DNA of 64,000 nucleotides, taken from positions 444,945 through 508,944 of the forward strand of contig NMRA01000150.1 in NCBI GenBank assembly GCA_002633005.1, read 5' to 3'. The notes beneath the pieces are model-generated. The model did no database searches, was not told the DNA's origin, and worked only from the letters and a program-made list of their open reading frames with translations. The translations under genes and the position numbers were made by a program. The first letter of the stretch is position 1. Every line of letters starts with the position of its first letter. Positions 25,101 through 37,100 of this stretch are shown here, piece by piece. Source of the stretch: Phoronis australis (lineage: Eukaryota; Animalia; Phoronida).

Positions 25101-28100
25101 TCTGTAAAAAATGTCCAGTTCGATCAGCAGTGTTGGATAACATGTCCCCTAAAAAGGGGCAGAAAGTTTCAAATGCGTTGGGTTCTTGCCATACGCCGCG
25201 ACGAAGGAAAATATGTCCGTGTAAAATTCATAACTGTTTTCGAATCATAATTTGTCGCATCTCGGAGTGGATGCCGCCATAGCAACGAGGACCGGAGAAT
25301 CTTCGGCCAGCCAGACTGTGTTTTCATGACTATGGGTTGAAGCGCGATGCATTTTTCTTTACAAAAAGGACAGGGCCCTCAATTCCTCAATTTTGGGGCC
25401 AAGTATGGGCCCTATTCCCCTCTTAAAAATATTGAAAAATCACGCGAAATTCCCGGCCACGAGGCCTAAGAATCCCATTTGTGATTGAAAATTTCTCTCC
25501 AACGGTTCAAATCACCTGTGACCACAGAGGTGACAATNTATTAGCCAGGATTTTGTCCCAGAAAATTGCGCTCCTGAGCTGCCAAATGGAATCTGGGAGA
25601 ATTTTAGGGGGGGGCTGGGGCATAGCCCCTTGGCTCCCCTCTAAATCCGCCAATGTGTTCTGTCCAGTTAACTGAAATTGAGCTCTAAAACGAGGTTATG
25701 CTTTGGACGAAAGAATTAGGTGTTTTAATTTTAAAATTCAACTTGGTCGAGATTGATATTTAAAAAATATAACACATGAAATAGAAGTAATTATTAAAAC
25801 CAAGAAAGCATAATTGATGGTCATATAATTTTTATTTTCGTCTGCGAGCCTAGTTTTTTATCGTAATCAAAATACATATTTAATAACATCAAGTATCCGC
25901 ATTTCAGGTCAATGACAAATCAACTGTTAGTCCCGGTAGTGCCTACCTCACCAGGACCTAGGCTATGCTTGAAGCTAATAGGCCTACTCTTGGTCTACAA
26001 ATTAAACCAGATGAGACTAATTGCACATGACAGCAAAATGCTATGAGCCACCACTGTCGAATATATCTTCAACTCGTCAACAATACGACCAGATCACCTG
26101 GTTCGTGTAGAAAGCATTTTTATCAAGAATTTAGTAGAAGAAACGTAACCCTGCATTCAGCATGATACCTAATCCGTCACTACGATCGCCGCAATTTAGT
26201 CATGTTTACTTTTCATGTTTCGAACCTAGTTTTCCGGAAAAAACTATATCCTTTCGTCAGACAACTCTTTGGTGCATTGACTTGTTCTATAACTGTATTT
26301 TTCTACGTCTCTGTGGTTAATTATTGACACATTTTTTAAGATTTGATATTCAGGTTGGACTCCAAAGACCGGCCATTTAACTCACGCAATGTAAATTTCC
26401 GCTTTGTTTATCGCAGTGAGCCTCGCTTTGGATGTTAATGTCCGCCGCGTGAATAGAGTCTATGTATGATATCCATGCGACCTGTTTTGTTTTATCCAAC
26501 AAAGACGCAACAAAGAAAAACGATAGTAGCGTCCCATAAGCGACAACCACGCGACGCGCTTATACGCCCCGCCCATAGGTCTTACAAGTTAAAAAATAGC
26601 TTGCGACCTCACTGCATAAGTGGTGTTTCGGTCCCCGGGTGTCCAGTCCGATCCCTGGATTTCCTCTTTTAAATGTCGAGGTTCGTGTTTTAGGGCTGGT
26701 TAGCTGTTTTGAAGGTGCGGCATTGTGAGTCTGTTTCGGACTTCAGAATATCTGTTTTACACCAGCGTTCCAAATTTGATGGAACACCTTGTGATAGCTA
26801 GCACATTGAGATTTCAGTACAATGGCGGATTCATAGCAACAAAAATATTCCTTTGAGTTAACCCGTACATTACAGTCGTCTCTGCAGTAATGCACAAAAG
26901 TGCAACAAAACTGGTAACGACGAGCAGGGGCACGAATTGTTGACGACGAAGGAGGGGACGCGACAGTTAAACGCAACGCCAGAACTCGCACTCCCTCATT
27001 CATCCATGACGGGGAACTGCATCGAAGCAACGTCATATTCCACTGTAGGCAATTACATCGCCCTGGATGCTGCAGGCATTCAGGGGCGGTAGTACATCCC
27101 CACAAAAAGTTACTCATTTCAAAATACAACAAATAAAATCAAATGAACCATGCATATAGGAACATGGAGTGATAATTAACACATACCATGACTCTGGATA
27201 CAATTAAGTCAGCAAAACCTGAGCGAATCGATGATTTGTCGCGGTTTGCTCGAGTTTCTCTTACCGGGTGCCATTTTGAGGAAGTTACGTGAAATCACGC
27301 ATGTTGACGAATAAAAAGTCCAAGGGAAACAAATCTTACAAATTTCAACTGATACCTTCTCATGCTATTTTGCAAGTGTCACGCGCTAGTGTCATACGCT
27401 TCGCTCAGTCTCACGCCTCGCTGGTTCGCTGCGTGCCGCTAGGTGGGGCGGTAGCGGCGCCAGCACGCAGGTATCACTTAATTTTCCTCGGTAAATTTTT
27501 TTACACCGACGTTTCTGATTGGCTAGTCGAATTCTCAACAGGCAGCGCTTTACGCAAACAAATTGGCATGGCTGATGGAATGAAGTCATGTAAATGTGGT
27601 CTGTTGTACAGACAAATCGGTGCTTAAAATTTATGTTCAGGAAATGTGAAGCCTGGAAATTGTGATTGTGACTTTTCGGAATGCATCTTTCTACTGTCGA
27701 TGACTTTTGTTTATGATGGTGTACTGTATTGATACAGTATGAATAACACACCTGTTAAATCGGCCAGATATGTGTTTATTGTAAATGTATGTGCTTCAAG
27801 CACGCGGCTATCACTGTAGAAACGAAATAGTTGCTGCGACGCCACTGGCATGAAAAGGCTAAAAATCGTTCACAGTCCGTCATTTTTCACGGTGTTGTAA
27901 AGCTAAACAATGACTGCCGAGGTTACGTTGACCAATGCTAAAGCGCGTGCCACTGCGTGATAACTGCTACCTGGTTGGGCTAAGCACGCAGGGAACCAGC
28001 GACAGTCTCGCGCTGGCTCTTTGCCTAACTCACGTGACTCAGTTGACCTACTTAAGGTTAGATCACGCGCGTGGTGAAAAAGTTAACGGCAACCAAAAAA

Positions 28101-31100
28101 GTGGAGTTAGAACTCTTCACTAAAGTCACCTCAATTCTCACAACTAAGCTTCATCGAAGATATGTGTAGAAGTAGAAAGGACCAATGAAGAAATTAAGCG
28201 CTTTTTTAAATGATAGTTTTAAGTGTAGAATGCATTTTTGACGAGGTGAAAACCCAAAACGGGTCACCGCTCTTTTTACAAATACGTGTAACGAAATGCG
28301 TACAGAAAGGGAATGAAAGTATTGTAGCCCCTAAAATGGCCAACCACGAGGAGCTACGTGTTGCCTAATTCCACTGCAGCCAACGTCTGTACAACAGCCT
28401 AACAATACTCACATGTTCTAGTTCCCAGCCAAATTCGTTAGTGTTGGAAGTCACGGTCCAGCCGCACGTGTCGCCACTGTCGAAGTCGCATGTTATCCCA
28501 TTTACTTAACAATAAAGTCAATAGTTGTCAATAAGCACAGTTAAAACTGAGAAAAGGCAGCTACCCTCAATTTGATGTAACGATTCATTCAGATTTCAAC
28601 GAGGTCAATGCAAAATATTATTCAGGCTACATCGTTTTTTCGCGTAATCATTATCAACCCCAATTATCAGCCGGGCACCTCCGGTATTTTCGTTGCTTCA
28701 ACGCACGTGCGGGCTTCAGTCATACGGCAAATCGTGTTACTTTCAAATTGGAGAGTGATTGCTGGTATGACTGAAGCTTGAACATGCGCTGAAAACGTAC
28801 ACTTCGAAAGCGGAATTTAACGTTACGAAAACACCTGAGATGTTCTGGATGACTATTCGAGGTGAGTGAAATTATTTCATAACTTATAGTTTTCCAGGTA
28901 AAAAAGATACTCACTGTAACAGTTTAGGCCGTTGCCGTAATATCCAGGTTTACAGAGACATGTATAAGTACCTATGCTGTTAATGCACTCGGCATTGGAG
29001 TGGCATGTGTGCGCTCGATTGCATTCATTCATGTCTGGAAAAACAATTTCGCTCCGTTTGGGTTTCAATTTGCACTAAAGGGCCATAACTGCAGCTGTAA
29101 CTAAATGAGCCATTATAATACATCGCGCAGGGCAGAGGTTGTCAACATCGAATAGTTATGACACCGTTGCCTAGTTAATCCCTGTTTGGCACCTTTCTCG
29201 AGCACGTGCCGGGTCAAAGTTTAACCTCTAGCTATAACGCACTAAGGCGCAAATCAGGATAAGACCGAAGATTGACAATCCAAAAATCCTCAAAAGTTGA
29301 AATGGCATCTCGTCGATGTCAATGTTGAATTCTTACCCATGCGCTTCCGAATGAGCTGGCAAATCAAGTCAGAGGCATTGCACACATGCGCGATTTTTGT
29401 TTTGCAATGTTAGGGATGAAAAGCCTAAAAAGTTTGAAGTATTTTCTTGAGTGGCTCATGGTTTTGAGGTTCTTGGTGGTATATGGAATTGAATCCCATC
29501 ATTGTAAGGAATGTTGTAACACCGATTTTATGAGAGTTAAAAACCTGAATCGTTTTAGGTTGGTTTAGCCAACGAAAAGGCACCCAAGGACGTCTTACCC
29601 TGAAATTTACTTTTAACAACGATATTGCACCCCACAAGCAATCTGACCCGTAACAAAAGATGGTCCTCCAAGCAGCCGCATTAATTTACTTTATAAATAT
29701 TTTTTCGGCGAAGAAAAAATCATGGGAACGGGAGACTAGGTACGTGGCAGCTCACCGATGCATTCGCGGTCGCTTTCTTCAAATCCTGCCTTACAGACGC
29801 AGCCATAGCTCCCCATGGTGTTCACACAGTCGGCATTTTGGTTACACTGATATGTTCCAGTAGCACATTCATCGACATCTATCAATGAAAAGCATGAAAT
29901 AATCAAATTTTGTTTTACGCACCAGTTTGCTGGTTAACTTTTTTGTAATTAAGGAACTATCACAGCGTCAGCTCAATTTTGAGGTCGTTAGAGGTAAGCG
30001 AGAGATGAACGTCGTCTGAAATGTATGGAAAAGAGAATAGAGAGAACAGAAGCAATGAAATGTGTCGCCCCCTAGCGGCGAGTGAATTTTTTCCTAAGTT
30101 AAGACCGCGTTACAAATCTGGCGATATTCCACGAGATATCGTCGTGTATTTTTGATGAGAGCACATGATTTTCGCTACTCCTTTTCTCGGCGCGAGACAG
30201 CTATTGAACTGTACCTAGATCAAAACGTGTAATTTAGTGTCTTATGATTCACGGTGCATGACCCCCCACATTCTTCCAAATATGGTGCAAGAGCCACTGT
30301 GTCACAAACACAGTATTGAATTTGCTGTTTCAGCTTACCTTGACAAACACCGTCTTTATTTTTGTAGCCAGCATCACACCTGCATGTATAGCCGCCTTCC
30401 AGATTCATGCAACTACCATTCGTCCCACAGGGGTCAGGTGAGGTAGCGCACTCGTTCACGTCTGATAATTAAAAGAGTTTTACATGTCATCCACGGCGAC
30501 TTTAAGTGTGGACGAGGTGAGACATTATGGACAAATAAACAAGTAAAAAGCGTTCTTTACAAAAAGTGTGGTTTGTTCATGCCTTTCATCTTTTATCGTT
30601 CCAATGCAACCAATCAAAAAGTCATATTTAACCCAATTAACATTTTTGCGACCTGAGTTTAAAATTAGGTGGCCATTTAGGAATACCTTATGTTCGCAAA
30701 TTATCTTAAAATTTCGCAGAAGGAGCTACAACCATTCCCAGAAAGCTTCCTCGATGTTAAAACAATCACCAAAGACTGGATACAGTGTGCAACTTTCCCA
30801 AGTTGTTCTCAGGTTCGCATCTTTTCACTTATGTCCTTGACCGTTATTTGTGACCAAGAAAAACCGGCTGTACTAGATGTCTTTGTCACACTAAAAATTA
30901 CTTAAAAAAGCTTTGACGCAAATGTTTAACAGAATTTTCTAAAAAAATTATCTGTCGTGCTTCAATCTTAATGATGGCTTATTGAGCAATGTTATGTCCA
31001 AAATCGCCCCACTTAGTCATAGCTGATCACTTGATGCAATGTTCTTTGTCTGAAGCCGCGTCACGTAATCCAGTGGGTGGAGCGATAATCAGTTCACTGA

Positions 31101-34100
31101 GAGACTCATCAGTTTTGCTGGTGGAAGATGGAATAACTTGCAGTAGTGCAACTTATCCCACCATAAAGCGGAGCGTTCGCGCACGCACGCACGCACACAC
31201 ACACACACACACGCACACACGCAAAGTTGTCACAAGTGCAGTAAGTTGCGCTAGTTTAAATAGCGTCCAAACAGCATTCAAACTTAGCGACAACTCGTAC
31301 CAGAAGTGTCAGCTGTTCTACGGTAAGTCTGCGTGTAGACGACACCTTAGTTAACGCAAGAGTGTTTGCAGATGACGGGCCAATTAGATACTGGTAACGT
31401 GATCTGTCGTAAACACATGTAGTGGTAGTAGTTACGGAAAATGAATGTAGTGGTAGTAGTTTTGGAAATGATGGTGGCTGTGATTGATGAAGGTAGCGTA
31501 AATGATGGTAGCGGAGTGGTGATTGTGACGTCAGTGATGGCGGCGCCAATTATTACAATGCTCTTTTAGCGTCTGCGATAATGAGAGCGATAATGACGGC
31601 AATAATGACGGCGACAATGACGGCGATAGTCATAACAATAGCGGTGGCTATCCTGAGCTATTCTTACCGTCACATACAATTCCATCGCCAGCAAAACCAC
31701 TTTTACATTCGCACTTGTAGCTTCCGTCTGTGTTGATACAATGAGCGTACTTGTGGCAATTGTGCCTACCCAGAATGCACTCGTTGACATCTAAATAAAG
31801 CAATATGTATCGTCTGCTAAATATTGCGTAACACCGAACAAATTCTTCGCCAAATGCATCAGACATAATATAAGAAGGGGAGGATAAATAATTTCCAAGC
31901 GTTCAGACATGGAGCGTAGATTCGAACTCTAGGCTAATAAGAGTTCTATGATATGAGCAATATCGATATAAACATTTGAATGTTTATAGCGAGATTGCTC
32001 ATGCTATTGTGTTAAAACACAACACCGCTATTTAACTCTATGCCACTACGTATCTGTGCTGTGTCATTGATCAGGAATACATCATTTTCTGGTATTAGCC
32101 ATAGACTCTTCCCTCTGACACAGCGCCACCTATACTGAATGTGACATTGTGGAAACATGATGAACGACACATGGAATTTCGTGTGTGTATGGGCATGTTT
32201 GGTCGGAAGTTTATCCATCACATCGCCACCTCTTGCATACGGTTTCTATGCACTGTAGTTCTTTGGATTTAGCCACGGGATCGAGGTTGTCTTGATTTTG
32301 TTTACTTCGACAACTGTCCGGTTTAATAAATTGCAACTATTCAAGTTGATGTGATCGCCATACTACGTAACAGTAAGCTGAAAGATTTCAGCCAACGAGA
32401 ATGCCTGAATGTTATGACTTCGTTTCATTACTCTAGCCAATGAGAAGCCATTATAAACAACTCCACACAGTGCTACCTGATCGTAGCACTGTGAAAAAGT
32501 GTAATAGAACTCTAGCCCTGAAATGCCAACTCCCGCACGTGACCAAAAGGCTTGTAACCGCGAGACTAGCTGCGAGAGTTAGCACTGACGGCTGCCTAGT
32601 CGACTTAGTCTTGATCGCAAGTTTTAGTTATCAAATCAAGCCTAATTTCATTGCTTCGTTTTCATTTTATTATAGTTCAAGACTCCTGAGGTACCTTATA
32701 ATCGACGATTTCTGGGCAAAATTAGTCAGCTAACCCGACCATTACAGTTTTCATTCTTCAAGCATCGACTCCTGTGGCCCTGGGTGGATGGCGGGAGTAG
32801 TTTGGCCTTCTGCTATCCACTTACTACGTAAGCCGACACCATGCAGCCGAATAAAGCAATGTTTTTCGTGAAAATATTCTGAAATCTTTTCAGCTCCAGT
32901 CGTAGAACCACTTTCATATTACGAGCCAGTTTTTCAAAAATACATTTTTGGGTGTTAAAATTACCTTACATTATTTTAGGGGAAGAAGTTACTAAGTTTG
33001 TGCGTGTGTGTGTGTGCGTGTGTATTATTACTGTTTTCAATTATTTCTATAATAGTTCATTTGTGCTAAGTTTACCTGTTGCACAGATCCCGTTTTTTTG
33101 TCAATACGATTTCTGAGAAGTACACACATCCGTGAAATAACAAAATAAAATTTAAAAGAATGAAGAGTTTACATTGTAAAACAACCCAACCCAGTACTTT
33201 GTATTGCTGACAGCGTACGGTGTATTTGCCAATTGCCCCGCTCTTGGCGGACAGTCCCACCTTTTTGGAGTTTTCCACCATCCCGCCACACCATCTCAAT
33301 GTTTATCACCTACTATTGTAATTTCCCACGCGACATGGCCATATTTTCCCGCTCGACTAAAAAAGAAATGAACGGTTTCTGCGGCACCCGCAATTGACCT
33401 ATGCCAGGATTGTGGCTTAACTGGCCAATCAGAACGCAGTATTCTTGTCACACCTTTTCTCTGCGTTTCCAAAGTGCCATTTTACCCGACAAACGACATG
33501 TTGTCGGGTAAAGCTTATTTTTTGTCGATAACTCAAGAAATTGTGAGATAAGAATGATGAAACGGTGTTACTATGGCGTGGGTAACTCTGACAGCCGTCA
33601 TGCAGCTAGAGAAGAATTTCCAGTCACTTTTTGGGCATTCCCTAAGGTGAAAAGTGATGTCGACTGTGGAAACTATGGATCAAACTGTGTGGAAGGCCAC
33701 ACGAGCAACTGAACTTAGCAATGTTGCTTGATTACTTGAAGGTTAAACACAATTTGTTCCAAGATACGCACTTTTCAGCTTAGTGGCTATTGTGTAGGCC
33801 TGTCAGATTTTGACTCCAGAGCTTCACTCGCCTGGCCGCCTTTTGTATCGGCACCTGCTGGATCCTAGCACTAGCCCCAGCGGTAGTCTCCGGAAATTGC
33901 TGTCTTCATGGAATTTTTATTATTTTTCATTTATTTTGTCCGACTGGACATCGTTTTTTTCCGTAGCAAAGGTGAGGGACATTTTTTGTAATTCATATAC
34001 CCGAAGTCTGGCGTTCAACTGAACTTCTCTCCAAAACCGACAAAGATTCGATCTGCACAGGAGGCCACTGGATTGCTGAATGCAAAGAATTGTTTGAGCT

Positions 34101-37100
34101 GTTTTCATGAAAAAATAAGCAGTTAACTTACTTTATGTTGAAAAATCTAGTTTACACTTCGCGTGCAGAGTTAAAGCGACCTATTTTGTAGTTGTTTCTT
34201 CAAACATGATGCTTGGATTTATGAAACTTTAAAAAAAGAATTTGAGTTAGTTTTGTAAATAGCCATTTTTGCTACTACACCAGAATTGTCATATTTTATA
34301 ACCACATCTAAGTGATCATGCTTCGATTCTTAATGCTTTCAAACTTAATTTGAAAATTGCAACATTGTAACAACAGTATATATTGCGTCCTGAGTTGAAA
34401 GAGCCACCAGCATTGTGAAATCTTCGGGTGTCTCTCTATAACTATCACCTATCAACCAATCACATGTGTCTCGTTCATTAAAATGGGCGTCATTAGTAAT
34501 TATTTGAAATTTCCCTTACAATGTCGGTGTCCAAACTGCAGAAGTTCTGATTGACAGTGGACGTCTAACTCATACATTGGAGCGTCGTTGCCAGGGAGAC
34601 CAGAGTTCTACAAGGGTGTCTACTGAATGACAAGCTTCGACAGCAATCTATACTGGATCAGTCAATCGCACAAGTGTCATGGCCGACCTCCTTTAGTGGA
34701 GAACGTACTAGATACCATGTGTGCAGATAAACGAGAGTAGCTTCGCGTGAGAAATCTTCGAACGGGCAATTGTGTTTTAACCCTTAATCTAGAAAATTGT
34801 CCCTGTCTGACTATGGTTAACACAAAATGCCGAAAATTTGAAGATGGAAACCAGAGTCGAATGCCCTGGAAGAGTTGACCCAATACTATACAGATAGCTC
34901 TTTCAAAAGTGTAGGGCTACCTGGCGTGCGTTCAGTAGACGCTAGGACCTACGCTAGGACCTAGCCAAAAGCTAGTCAAGGTCACGTGCTCTTATTTTAT
35001 ATACACTGCAATATCTCGCGTAATCTCGCTAAGTCTCTCTTTTAAGCTAGGTCCTAGCGTTACTGAACGGGAGGACTGGTCATTTTTCTTCACAAACCAT
35101 GCGCGCATCCGGAGGGGAGCGCCCCCACTCCATTTGGCGAAGTGGGCAAAAAGGTCCACCTCAGAGAAACAAAAAGTCCGAGAAAACGAGGCAAAAGTCC
35201 AGTAAGAAGGCTGGAATTCGGCGCGAATGCACGATTCATAGCTTTGTTTGTAGTACCCCTTTTCATTTTGTAGTCCCCGTTTTTTAGTCCCCGTTGTTTT
35301 TAGTAAAAGGCCCACATTCTCAAAAATTCGAGCCCCCTATACTATATTTCAGGCTAGGTGCGCGCATGCAAACACTAACAGTTATGTTGTCATTGCTGCG
35401 TGCAGTGTGTAAATTCCGTTTTTTGAAGATTTATGGAAAGCGATTCATTGATCAAGTGTTGCATGCATTCTGATTACAATGCAAATCTTGTTTTATAGTT
35501 TAAATTTCCAGATTTCTGACATTTTTTAAAATTATTTGAAAACAGTTTCCTTACCTAAGACAAATTTATAGACGTGCTCCTTGCTTTGTGCTCTGACAGA
35601 AAGGTAGTCTCTGTTTCCCAGCGTGTTAGTGAATTTCAGATACGCTTTACACCCCATGCGTCCAAAGAATTTGTCTTGCGCTTTGATGTTGGCCGTAAAA
35701 TTGAAAAGTTTCACCAACGTCGCGTTTTGAAGTGGTTCAACTGCGTCTGACTGGAATATCACCTCTTTATTGCTGTGTGCCTTCTTACTCGTTATGTACG
35801 TCGTACGACTGTAAAATATGGATTAGACGAGTTCAAGTGCGTACTTTTAGTGAAGAACATGAACATGGTGAGTTTTTATTTTGATACTTTGCTGGAAGAA
35901 TATCTCAAGGAAAACAGCCCTGTTGCGTTCTTATCTATGAGAGACATATGCTAGTACTTATCGAACTGGTTACTCAATTTTTCGACAGCCTATTTGAATA
36001 TTTTACAGATTTGGTCCGAAGGACAAACATTCCGAAGGCTTCCGTGTTCAGCTTATAATTCAGGCGAACTCTATGTCCAAAAAGTACCAATTTGCATGAA
36101 TACCCATATCTGCGAAAACCCTTTGCGGATTTTTTCTGTAGTGTGAAGACTTATATGTTCCGTCCACTCAAAAGTCCGACCGTTGAATATTTATCCAACT
36201 ATTTATTTTATCTTCTCGGTAACCACTTCAGTCAATCCGCCGATTTCGAAGTGGGCACAATCGGAAATTTTTGCATCATTTAAAAAATAAAAAACAGATA
36301 TCTACAATTAAATTGTTTGTAGTGTTCAAGTAAATTAAATGCACAAATACTAACATAAACAAATAAAAATGCTGGTGTTGAAGGGTGTTAAACCACACAC
36401 AAAGCGAGCGAGGAAGTCACAACAAACTGAGGATTACAGCCTTGAACGGCCTACCAACACCATGTATTTCTTCTTAAAGACGAGGAAATTGGACCATAGA
36501 TGGTGACAGTCCCCAGCCCGTTGTAAGCGTGTACCTCTGTAGGCAAGTATTCTTTTGTTGCGGTTGGTCGTTGATCTTCCATATCCCATGCAGTCTGTAA
36601 CACACGCTCCTCTACTGTAATTGGGGAATTTCCAACTGCTATTTTTAGGTTGGTCAACCTTAAATTTGCGTATTCGAAAGTGACGCTCGTTGGCATTTAC
36701 GACTCATTTACCAAAATTTGGTCGTTAGAGCTCTTTGGTTTACACTTTAACATTAGCCTCTTTTTCGTATATGTTCTCCGGCCCTGGTTTTGAAGATGTT
36801 CTGGTAGGTATGTTACACAGTTGTCCTATATGACGTCACGACAGCCAAAATGATGTAAGACTAGTATACAGGGTCAGGTGAATAACCAAATCTACGTATT
36901 TCCTGACTGTAAAAATTAGAAAACGCTGAGAAACCTTTCTACACACGCATGCGACAAGCTCCATCCCGGCATATCAGTCATCGCATGCTATTTGTATTTA
37001 TGTCAGGCGGTTGCAGTTTAGAATAGTTGACAATGCTTTTACAGACGACGCAGTCAGTCTCTGTTTGGTTTCAATCGTCATGCCTATTCTTTTCTTCGAT

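Noticed and set aside
25538-25538. Single N
   Set aside because: Assembly gap marker; adjacency across it is uncertain, so no structure spanning it is claimed beyond the phase-consistent MAM exon linkage.
28237-28270. Hammerhead-like ttgacgagg...cccaaaacgggtc
   Set aside because: Both core boxes are mutated (no CTGA, no GAAA) and helix I is not convincing; at most a dead relic.
32012-32380. Cys-rich exon candidate of the EGF-MAM gene
   Set aside because: Multiple stops, and homologous to 37795-38000, so an interspersed repeat.
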